This document shows positions 54,525-62,555 of a DNA stretch of 64,000 nucleotides, piece after piece. The stretch spans positions 127,347 to 191,346 of the forward strand of contig DAOMZR010000001.1 of the NCBI GenBank assembly GCA_035400585.1, written 5' to 3'. The number at the start of each line of letters is the position of its first letter. Positions within the stretch are counted from its first letter, which is position 1. The notes under the pieces are model-generated. The model was not told where the DNA came from. It saw only the letters and a list, made by a program, of their open reading frames with translations, and made no database searches. This DNA comes from a bacterium. GTDB lineage: Bacteria; Patescibacteriota; Patescibacteriia; Patescibacteriales; UBA12465. The position numbers and the translations under genes are program-made.

Positions 54525-55019
54525 TTAATTGGTTGTAAAGGTAACCATGTTGTCGATACCGTTATCAACTGTTAAACCGTAACGTAGAAACCAGGTCCAA
54601 GTAGAGCCAGTTCTTTTTGCTAAATTATACTTCAATGTATGCCCGATTTGTGATCGTATCGTATAATGTATATACCCATTTTCTATTTTTGTAATAGTGT
54701 AGGTAGCATCATTAGAGACGTTGGTGTAAATAGTTACACCTCCGGGACCAACATGAGGTATGGCAAATGAACTAATATCGAGTGGGTTGGGATCGGTTTG
54801 ACTCCCATCCAAATGCATTCTGAATGTGTAATCATAAACATTTGTAAAACCACTGACAGCAGCTCTTCCCAGGCTTTCAACTTGTTTAGGGGCTGGATAA
54901 CCGGGCCAAGTATATGAACTAGTCCCATTTCCATCATCTTCTAAATACTTCCATTCTTCTTTTTCACAGCCGCTAGAAAGGGCTGCCAACACCAGAAGTA
55001 GTGCAAACATTTTTCTCAT
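54525..55019 (-). CDS. lipoprotein of unknown function (164 aa), compositional outlier
   Basis: Signal peptide plus lipobox LSSGC. A K-poor, T/G/Y/W-rich sequence. 25/60 GC in the sample 54541-54600. GGAGG lies 10 nt upstream of the ATG. Confidence 0.7.
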   Translation of the reverse strand: MRKMFALLLVLAALSSGCEKEEWKYLEDDGNGTSSYTWPGYPAPKQVESLGRAAVSGFTNVYDYTFRMHLDGSQTDPNPLDISSFAIPHVGPGGVTIYTNVSNDATYTITKIENGYIHYTIRSQIGHTLKYNLAKRTGSTWTWFLRYGLTVDNGIDNMVTFTTN

Positions 55020-55062
55020 TTTTTAGGCCCCTCCACGGCCTTATTTTATTATTAAAAAACTA

Positions 55063-56157
55063 TTATTTGTATAAATTAATTATATTTTCGGTTATTTTTT
55101 CCCAATTATACTCAACTAATAGATCATTATAACTATTTTCTATCATTTTGTCAATACCTAAATCATTTTTGTGATTTAAAAATATTTCCAATTTATTCTT
55201 TAAATCTTCTACATTTTTATTTTCAAAAATTAAGGCATTATTTTCGACAACCTCCTTGTTAGCATCTATACTACTAACTAACAATGGCAATTTAGCTGAT
55301 ATTGCCTCTAGCAAAGATATAGAAAGACCTTCAGCTTCTGAAGCCTGAACAAATAGGGCAGCGTTAGAAAATAATTCAGCTAGAGTGTCACCAACCTGTG
55401 TTCCTGCAAATATTATATTTTTATTGTTTTCAGCCTTTTCTTTTAGTTGTTCCAGAAAATCACCATCACCAACTATAACTAATTTTTTATTAGTTTCTAT
55501 TTTTTTATAAGCCTCAACTAGATATTCCAAGCCTTTGTTTTTTACAATTCTAGAAACAGATAAAATGTAGGAGTCTTTTTCTAGATCCCAAAGTTCTTTA
55601 ATTTTACTAACCGGTTTATTATCTATTTGTCTGACTCCATTTGGAATGTATTCTACTAATCTTTGATATTTATTTTCAACATATTTTTTTAAACTTTTAG
55701 AAACAACAATCACTTTATCAGCCAAACGACAGCCGATTCTTTCGCCAAGCATTAAATATAATTTAGCTATTTTACCCCATTTAGTGTTGTAATAACATTG
55801 ACTATGAAAAGTAAAAATAACCCTTGTTTTTGGTTTAAATAACTTAATTAACCAAATTAGAGATGCTGGTCCAATAGAATGAAAATGAATAACATCAGCT
55901 TTTCTTTTAAATATAAAATCAAGACAAGCTAAAAAAGTATGGCTAATAGCATCTAAGTTTTTTGAATTTAAACTTGGTAGTGGTATAAGTTTAATACCTT
56001 TATATTCTTTTACATTCTTATCACTATAATTATGTCTGGTGTAAGCAAAAACCCCATGTCCTTTTTTAACTAACTCAATAGCTAAATTTTCAACATGATT
56101 TTCTACGCCACCAGAAGTGGCTGGTATTCCTTTTTGTCCAATTATATATATTTTCAT
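55063..56157 (-). CDS. glycosyltransferase family 4 (GT-B)
   Basis: GIPATSGGVENHV at the N-terminus and the E-x7-E region ASEAEGLSISLLEA. Confidence 0.85.
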   Translation of the reverse strand: MKIYIIGQKGIPATSGGVENHVENLAIELVKKGHGVFAYTRHNYSDKNVKEYKGIKLIPLPSLNSKNLDAISHTFLACLDFIFKRKADVIHFHSIGPASLIWLIKLFKPKTRVIFTFHSQCYYNTKWGKIAKLYLMLGERIGCRLADKVIVVSKSLKKYVENKYQRLVEYIPNGVRQIDNKPVSKIKELWDLEKDSYILSVSRIVKNKGLEYLVEAYKKIETNKKLVIVGDGDFLEQLKEKAENNKNIIFAGTQVGDTLAELFSNAALFVQASEAEGLSISLLEAISAKLPLLVSSIDANKEVVENNALIFENKNVEDLKNKLEIFLNHKNDLGIDKMIENSYNDLLVEYNWEKITENIINLYK

Positions 56158-56177
56158 ACCATTATTTTAACCTCAAA

Positions 56178-56206
56178 TTCTAGCATATTTATAAAAAAAT
56201 GTCAAT
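56178..56206 (-). promoter_or_regulatory. sigma70-type promoter for the GT4 gene
   Basis: On the minus strand: TTGACA (56206-56201), 17-nt spacer, TAGAAT (56183-56178). Confidence 0.6.
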
Positions 56207-56221
56207 AGGTTATTTTGGCAA

Positions 56222-56251
56222 CAAAAAAGGGCTTTTTCAGCCCTTTTTTTT
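56222..56251. terminator. intrinsic terminator after corA
   Basis: agggct ttttc agccct flanked by an A-run and a T-run. Confidence 0.75.
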
Positions 56252-56263
56252 ATTATTTTAGCT

Positions 56264-57229
56264 CTATAACCATTTCTTTTTTTTGAAAAAAACCAACATT
56301 AACAAACCGGACAGGGAACTCCACATTATAATTCTTAAAAATAACTGAATGTTTTCTTCTGGTGGAGATGGATTAAAATTCATTCCGAAAAGATTAATAA
56401 ATAAATTTAAAGGCATAACAATAACCGAAACTATAGTTAAAGTTTTCATGATATTGTTTATTCTATAGCTACTAACCGATTCGCTGGTGTCGTGCAGTGA
56501 TTCAATGATTTCTTTTTGTATATCAGAAAATTCCCAAATTCTTTGACTGTGTTCGGCTAAGATATCATAATAATTTTTTATTTGTTCTTGAGGAACTAGA
56601 CTGCTTTCCATTTCTGTTAATTTCTTCATGATATTTTTGTGATTCTGAATTATTCTTCTGATGTTAATAATATTTCTTTTTAATGTTAACAACTGAGATG
56701 TTGTTTCTTGCAATCTATTTTCAAAGATACTTTTTTCTACTCGACTAATTTCAATATTATTTTCATCTAAAAGGGAATAGGAGTCTTGAATTAATTTTTC
56801 TAAAATTTCATAGAGTAAAATAGCAGATGATTCTAGCTTATAACTTTCAGAAAAAATTTGTTCATCTTGGCAATATTTAAAGAATTCTTTTAAAGCTTTT
56901 GTCTTTCCATCGTGAAGAGTTATTAAAAAACCGTGACCAATAAAAAATTCTATTTCTCCTGGCAGAACTTTTCCATTATCCATTACGGGGAAGTGTAGAG
57001 TTATAAAAAGATAATTTTTACCACCATAAATCATCGGTCTTTGAGTGGTTATGTTAACTAAGGACAACTCTAAATGTTTGTCATCAAAACCAAATTTCTT
57101 TTTGAGATAAGTTATCTCTTTTTTTTCTGGATCTAAAATATTATACCATTCAACCTTCCTTGGTAGAGAGGGATTATCGATGGTTATTTTACTTATTTTT
57201 TTTGATATTTTTTCAAAATTTTCAGACAT
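56264..57229 (-). CDS. corA: CorA family magnesium/cobalt transporter
   Basis: C-terminal two TM helices with the FGMNF (GMN) motif. Confidence 0.9.
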   Translation of the reverse strand: MSENFEKISKKISKITIDNPSLPRKVEWYNILDPEKKEITYLKKKFGFDDKHLELSLVNITTQRPMIYGGKNYLFITLHFPVMDNGKVLPGEIEFFIGHGFLITLHDGKTKALKEFFKYCQDEQIFSESYKLESSAILLYEILEKLIQDSYSLLDENNIEISRVEKSIFENRLQETTSQLLTLKRNIINIRRIIQNHKNIMKKLTEMESSLVPQEQIKNYYDILAEHSQRIWEFSDIQKEIIESLHDTSESVSSYRINNIMKTLTIVSVIVMPLNLFINLFGMNFNPSPPEENIQLFLRIIMWSSLSGLLMLVFFKKKKWL

Positions 57230-57293
57230 ATTTTTTTTCTTATTTATATTCTAATTTTAACAAATAACGATTTTTTTGTCTAATTTTCAAAAT

Positions 57294-57320
57294 AAAAAAA
57301 CCCTTTTGGAAAAGGGTTTT
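57294..57320 (-). terminator. intrinsic terminator after the 399-aa lipoprotein gene
   Basis: cccttt tgga aaaggg. On the minus strand it is followed by U7. Confidence 0.75.
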
Positions 57321-57339
57321 GTAAAGTTTTGTAAACAAG

Positions 57340-58539
57340 CTAATAAGCAAAAGAAAATCCTTGAACCGCTACATTATACATACCACTCAAAGACATGTAT
57401 GGATCGGGAACAAAATTTATTCCATCCATATATCCATACTGTACAATTCTTTGATTAAAGGTTGTATGAGCTGGTAAAACGGGGTGGATTCTGCCATCCG
57501 TTTGAGTTATTGGTAATTCCGTCCAAGTAGTGTCTGTTATTAGTTTGTGTCTCCACATGTTTGTTTGTGGCGATGCTAATATATAAAGTGGTATTTCGCC
57601 AAAAACTAATGTTCCCATTAAAACAACAGGGATTGGTCTGCCATAATCTCCAGCTCCAGTTTGAATTCCGGTTAGTGGAGTAAAAACTGTTCCAACTTGA
57701 TAAACTCGACCATTGTCATAGATGAACTCAGCAACATTGTTGTCTGTTGGATCCTGACACCTCCAAACACTAGATGTGTCAATTTCTGTCCAAATTTCTG
57801 AAACACCATCTAGATAACCAATATTTGTTTTTCCCCTGCCAGGTATCATTCCATTTGGAGCAATATCAAAATACCATTCTATTGAATCAGTCCCATAAAA
57901 GTAAACTTGATTGTAAAAAGCAGGAAATGGGTTATAAACTATTCCACTAAAACCAAATAACCTAAAAAGTGTTTCTGTTCCATCAAAAATTACTGGCCTA
58001 TTAACTCTCCAGTAATATCTAAAAACATTACTAGAGTCAATGTATTCCGATCTAACGGGTTCTGGTTGCACAATCAAGGCTTCATCCAGTGAACTAACAA
58101 CTGATACAGTCATAAACCATTCAAAACCGTAGGGAGGAGGATTAAAAGCTCTGATAGTGTATGTGCCTAATTGTTGAAAGGTAAAGCTTATCATTTCCTT
58201 CCCAATTATAGTAGTGTCGAGGCCGATAGCGGGATTGGTTATTTGCCAATTAATAGCCGTTAACGGTTCTGTTCCCCAAACACCAGTAACTCCGGTGCCA
58301 TATATTGTATAGTTTGCACCGTTTTCGATTACCGAATTTGTAGCCTTAGCAGAATTTGAAGCTTTTTGATTTTTACTTAGCGGTTCTATTATGCCAGTTT
58401 TTAATTTTTGACTTTGCTGGGTATTGAAGTGTATTTTTAACATCAAAGGTGTTTCAAACTCTTCTTTACCACAAGCAAAAACAATTAAAGCAATAGCAAC
58501 TGCCAACAAAACGCTTGTTGTTAATGTTCTTTTTTTCAT
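57340..58539 (-). CDS. lipoprotein of unknown function (399 aa), compositional outlier
   Basis: Signal peptide plus lipobox VFACG. Aromatic/Gly/Thr/Pro-rich and Lys-poor, ending in ...GFSFAY. 24-25/60 GC in two samples. GGAGG lies 9 nt upstream of the ATG. Confidence 0.7.
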   Translation of the reverse strand: MKKRTLTTSVLLAVAIALIVFACGKEEFETPLMLKIHFNTQQSQKLKTGIIEPLSKNQKASNSAKATNSVIENGANYTIYGTGVTGVWGTEPLTAINWQITNPAIGLDTTIIGKEMISFTFQQLGTYTIRAFNPPPYGFEWFMTVSVVSSLDEALIVQPEPVRSEYIDSSNVFRYYWRVNRPVIFDGTETLFRLFGFSGIVYNPFPAFYNQVYFYGTDSIEWYFDIAPNGMIPGRGKTNIGYLDGVSEIWTEIDTSSVWRCQDPTDNNVAEFIYDNGRVYQVGTVFTPLTGIQTGAGDYGRPIPVVLMGTLVFGEIPLYILASPQTNMWRHKLITDTTWTELPITQTDGRIHPVLPAHTTFNQRIVQYGYMDGINFVPDPYMSLSGMYNVAVQGFSFAY

Positions 58540-58747
58540 TTTGCGGTTCCTCCATATTTGATTTAGTTAAACAAAAAGTTCTCATTAATGATATAATACC
58601 TTTTTAGGCATCATTACATTTAATAATAAATAAAATAAAATGTCAATAGTAGACAATATTTTTAGTCTATAGTCAAGTCAATTATTTACTTGAAAATATA
58701 AATAATATATAATAAAATCGTAAATCTAAAAATATAATTAATTTTTT

Positions 58748-60082
58748 ATGATTAATGTTTTAGGGGTGGATATAGAAAACGACTTAACAAAAAACAGTGT
58801 TTTGGACAAATTTTTATTTTTTTTAGATTCAAATGAACAACATTATATAGTTACGCCAAACCCAGAAATAGTTTTGCAAGCTCAAATAGATGAAGAGCTT
58901 TTTTATATTTTAAATAAAGCTGATTTAGCCCTGGCTGACGGCTTTGGTCTTAAAATTGCCGCTTTTTTGAATGGGAAAAAATTAATAAGAACTAGTGGTT
59001 CCGATATTTTGCCAGATTTATTGAAACTGGCCGAAGAAAAAAATAAAAAAGTTTTAATTGTAAATAGAGAAGATGGTCTTTCTAGCGAAAATGATATTAA
59101 ATTATTTTTAGAAAATAATTATCCTAATTTAAATTTTTTAATAAAAAGCACTGACATTCGATTTATTATACCGCCCAGACGTCATCTTTTAAATATAAAA
59201 CACAATAAAAAATATAACTTTTTAGAAAATTTAGTAAATAATTTTAAAGAAAAAATAAACAAAGGTTTTGATACTCTAACTAATTTAAATAAGAATGATC
59301 TATTTAATTTTGAAGCTGACATTTTAATTTGTAATTTTGGTGCTCCTTATCAAGAAAAATTCATTTTTCATAATATAAAAAAAATACCAACTGTAAAATT
59401 AGCAATAGGTCTTGGTGGTTCTTTTGATTTTTTAACTGGAAAAATAAAGAGAGCCCCAAAAATAATGAGACTTGTTGGATTAGAGTGGTTATGGCGATTA
59501 TTTAAACAACCCAAAAGATTAAAAAGAATTTTTAGAGCGGTTATTATTTTTCCTTTAAAACTTTTACATTGGAAATTTATTAGTCCTTTTGTTTATAGAA
59601 AAAATGTTGCTTGTTTGTTGTATAAAAAAGAAAATTTAAATTACACCGCCCTAGAAAATAAAAACAGAAATCACTTAGATTTTTATCAAATATTATTAGT
59701 AGAAAGAAGTGAGGAGCCTGGGCACTGGCAAATTCCTCAGGGCGGATTAGATAATCAGGAAATTAAAATAGCAGGAACTCGAGAGCTTTATGAAGAATTA
59801 GGAATCAGTGATTTTACTCCCAAAAAAATATATAAAAATGTATTCAAATATAGAGTTAATCGTAAAGGACGTTATGGTTTTAAGGGACAAAAACAAGGTC
59901 TGTTAATAGCCGAATTTCATGGGAAAGACACTGATATTGACCTTAATTTTTGGGATCATCGAGATTTTAAATGGGTTAGAGCTAGTGAGTTCGTAAATAG
60001 TGTTCATCCAGTAAGACGTAAAGCTTCGGAAGTATTTTTAGAAAAATTTATTGATTATATTAAAACATCAGAATTAAATTAA
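58748..60082 (+). CDS. fusion of a WecG/TagA/CpsF-family glycosyltransferase with a C-terminal NUDIX hydrolase domain
   Basis: The N-part has HYIVTPNPEIV, LALADGFG, NFGAPYQEKFI, GLGGSFDFLTGKIKRAP and GLEWLWRL. The C-part has a Nudix-box-like GGLDNQEIKIAGTRELYEELGI, one residue shorter than the canonical spacing. Confidence 0.7.
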   Translation: MINVLGVDIENDLTKNSVLDKFLFFLDSNEQHYIVTPNPEIVLQAQIDEELFYILNKADLALADGFGLKIAAFLNGKKLIRTSGSDILPDLLKLAEEKNKKVLIVNREDGLSSENDIKLFLENNYPNLNFLIKSTDIRFIIPPRRHLLNIKHNKKYNFLENLVNNFKEKINKGFDTLTNLNKNDLFNFEADILICNFGAPYQEKFIFHNIKKIPTVKLAIGLGGSFDFLTGKIKRAPKIMRLVGLEWLWRLFKQPKRLKRIFRAVIIFPLKLLHWKFISPFVYRKNVACLLYKKENLNYTALENKNRNHLDFYQILLVERSEEPGHWQIPQGGLDNQEIKIAGTRELYEELGISDFTPKKIYKNVFKYRVNRKGRYGFKGQKQGLLIAEFHGKDTDIDLNFWDHRDFKWVRASEFVNSVHPVRRKASEVFLEKFIDYIKTSELN

Positions 60083-60094
60083 TTAAAAAAATAT

Positions 60095-61549
60095 ATGAAT
60101 AAAATTAGATTAAGATTTGCTCCATCACCAACTGGTTTTTTACATATTGGTAATCTACGATCAGCTTTGTTTGGCTATTTTTTAGCTAAAAGTTTGGGGG
60201 GTGATTTTATTTTAAGAATTGAAGATACCGACCAAAAAAGAGAAGTGGAGGGAGCTACTAAGAGTTTACTGGATATTTTATCTTGGGTTGGAATAGAGTT
60301 TAGCGAAGGTCCACATGTCGGCGGTAGTTACGGTCCTTATATTCAAACTCAAAGAATAGAAATTTATCAAAAATACATCAAAGAGCTTTTGGATAGGGGC
60401 GAAGCTTATCATTGTTTTTGCAGTGCTGAAAGATTAGAAGAAATGAGACAAAAACAGCAAGAAAATAAAGAAGCACCAAAATATGATGGTCGTTGTCGAA
60501 ATTTAAGCAAAGAAGAAGTTGAACAAAAAATAAAAAACGGGGAAAGCTATGTGATTAGACAAAAAATTCCACAAAGTTGCTGTGTAGAAGTTCACGATGA
60601 ACTTAGAGGTAAAATAGTTTTCAAATCAAACGACTTAGATGATCATGTTTTGATCAAGTCCAATGGTATTCCAACTTACCAATTTGCTAATATAGTCGAT
60701 GACCATTTAATGGAAATAAGCCATGTAACTCGTGGTGATGAATGGTTATCTAGTTTCCCGAAGAATGCCTTGCTTTATAAATCTTTTGGCTGGCAGATGC
60801 CAAAATATGTTCATTTACCTTTAATTTTAAACAAAAGCGGTGGCAAACTTAGCAAAAGACAAGGGGATGTTTTCGTAGAAGATTATCGTGCCAAGGGTTA
60901 TTTGCCAGAAGCAATTGTTAATTTTTGTGCACTTCTTGGTTGGCATCCAAAAAATGATCAGGAAATTTTATCAATGGATGAAATTATTAAAAACTTTTCT
61001 CTTGATGGAATGGGAATAAGCCCGGCTGTTTTTGATTTAGAAAAATTAGATTATTTAAATGGTTATTATATTAGACAAAAATCGGTTAAGGAATTAAGTG
61101 AAATGTGCAAACCTTATCTTTTTAAAGATGGCCTTATAACTGAAAAAACTAAGGATGATGATATCTATAAAATAGTTGAGATAAGTCAAGAAAGACTAAA
61201 AAAAATAGAAGATATTAATTCTATGACTCACTATTTATTTATGGATGAAATAGTTTATGAAGAAAATCTATTAATTTGGAAAAATTTAAGTCTGGAAGAG
61301 GTAAAGAATAATTTAAGCGAAGTTTATAATATTTTAGAAGAAATTAAAGAAGATGAATGGAAAAAGAATGTATTAGAAGAAAAAGTTTTTAATTGGATTA
61401 AAGAAAATGATAAAAAAAATGGTGATTATTTATGGCCACTAAGAGTTTCACTTTCGGGACAAAAAAATAGCCCAAATCCATTTGAATTGGCTTGGGCGCT
61501 TGGTAAAGAAAAAAGTTTAGAAAGAATTAAGAGGGCTACAAAAAAATAA
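60095..61549 (+). CDS. gltX: glutamyl-tRNA synthetase
   Basis: RFAPSPTGFLHIGN (HIGH-type motif) and KLSKR (KMSKS-type motif). Confidence 0.95.
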   Translation: MNKIRLRFAPSPTGFLHIGNLRSALFGYFLAKSLGGDFILRIEDTDQKREVEGATKSLLDILSWVGIEFSEGPHVGGSYGPYIQTQRIEIYQKYIKELLDRGEAYHCFCSAERLEEMRQKQQENKEAPKYDGRCRNLSKEEVEQKIKNGESYVIRQKIPQSCCVEVHDELRGKIVFKSNDLDDHVLIKSNGIPTYQFANIVDDHLMEISHVTRGDEWLSSFPKNALLYKSFGWQMPKYVHLPLILNKSGGKLSKRQGDVFVEDYRAKGYLPEAIVNFCALLGWHPKNDQEILSMDEIIKNFSLDGMGISPAVFDLEKLDYLNGYYIRQKSVKELSEMCKPYLFKDGLITEKTKDDDIYKIVEISQERLKKIEDINSMTHYLFMDEIVYEENLLIWKNLSLEEVKNNLSEVYNILEEIKEDEWKKNVLEEKVFNWIKENDKKNGDYLWPLRVSLSGQKNSPNPFELAWALGKEKSLERIKRATKK

Positions 61550-61555
61550 AACAAA

Positions 61556-62170
61556 CTATTTCGATAAAGGAGCAAAGCTTAAACGATGAATGGGGCAGGG
61601 TCCTAATTTATTGATCATGTCTAAATGAAGTTTAGTTCCATATCCTTTGTGTTTGGAAAAAAAATATTCAGGATATTTTTTGTCTAATTCTTCCATCATG
61701 AAATCTCGACTAACTTTGGCTATAATTGACGCCATAGCAATACTAAAAACTAAATCATCGCCAGAAACAATAGCTTCTTGCTTTATTTTTATTTTAGGAA
61801 TTGTTAATTTTCCATCTACTAAAATAATATCCGGACTTATTTTAGTATTATCTAAAGCTTTCTTCATTGACAGAAAAGTTGCTTGTAAGATGTTTATCTT
61901 ATCGATTATTCTATTATCACAGACCCCGATTTGAACAGCCTTAACACTTTGTTTAATAATAGGGAATAATTCTAACCTTTTTTTGTGATTTAGTTTTTTA
62001 GAGTCTTTGACTTTTTCTAGTTCTGGTGTTATCTTAAAATGTTCATCAATTATAACACAAGCACTTACTACTGGGCCGGCCAAAGGACCCCTTCCGGCTT
62101 CATCAATAGCAGCTATTAAATTATAACCTTGTTTAAACAACCCTTCTTCTTTTTGCAAATTCATAATCAA
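61556..62170 (-). CDS. rnhB: ribonuclease HII
   Basis: IDEAGRGPLAGPVV and the DSKKL motif. Confidence 0.9.
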   Translation of the reverse strand: MIMNLQKEEGLFKQGYNLIAAIDEAGRGPLAGPVVSACVIIDEHFKITPELEKVKDSKKLNHKKRLELFPIIKQSVKAVQIGVCDNRIIDKINILQATFLSMKKALDNTKISPDIILVDGKLTIPKIKIKQEAIVSGDDLVFSIAMASIIAKVSRDFMMEELDKKYPEYFFSKHKGYGTKLHLDMINKLGPCPIHRLSFAPLSK

Positions 62171-62216
62171 TTGATTATAATAATTATATTAATATTATAA
62201 CATAATTTATAAAAAT

Positions 62217-62555
62217 ATGAACCAATTTGAAAACGTCACTTTTAAAAAAGAAAGTATTAGTGGAGCTGATAAAGCTATTTTTCAAAAAATAAAAAGTCTA
62301 ATTGATTCTAAGAGTGATTTTAGAATTTTTACCAAAGAAAATAAAATTGATTTTGATAAAATTGATATGGATCTAATTGGAACTTTCGAGAGTTGTCAAT
62401 ATCCAGTTTTAAGCAATTTAGCTTATAAATTAGAAGACTATCTTGAAGAAATAGAGGATAAAAAAGATAAAGTTTTAAGCGAAGAAGAGAAAAAAATGGT
62501 TTTGAATGGTCTTTATAATGTAATTAAAGAGGGGTTTGATCAAATTCTTAACTAA
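62217..62555 (+). CDS. hypothetical acidic protein (112 aa)
   Basis: ORF abutting the helicase start codon. No motif recognised. Confidence 0.5.
   Translation: MNQFENVTFKKESISGADKAIFQKIKSLIDSKSDFRIFTKENKIDFDKIDMDLIGTFESCQYPVLSNLAYKLEDYLEEIEDKKDKVLSEEEKKMVLNGLYNVIKEGFDQILN

Noticed and set aside
57276-57458. 60-aa plus-strand ORF
   Set aside because: It starts in the corA promoter region, runs across the lipoprotein-gene terminator hairpin, and overlaps the 3' end of the 399-aa lipoprotein gene in antisense. It has no supporting signals.
54525-58539. The whole minus-strand block (lipoprotein, GT4, corA, lipoprotein) read as one horizontally acquired island
   Set aside because: The GT4 and corA genes in the middle have native low GC (13/60 in samples). 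Each gene has its own terminator and/or promoter. Only the two lipoprotein genes are outliers, so a single-island model does not fit.
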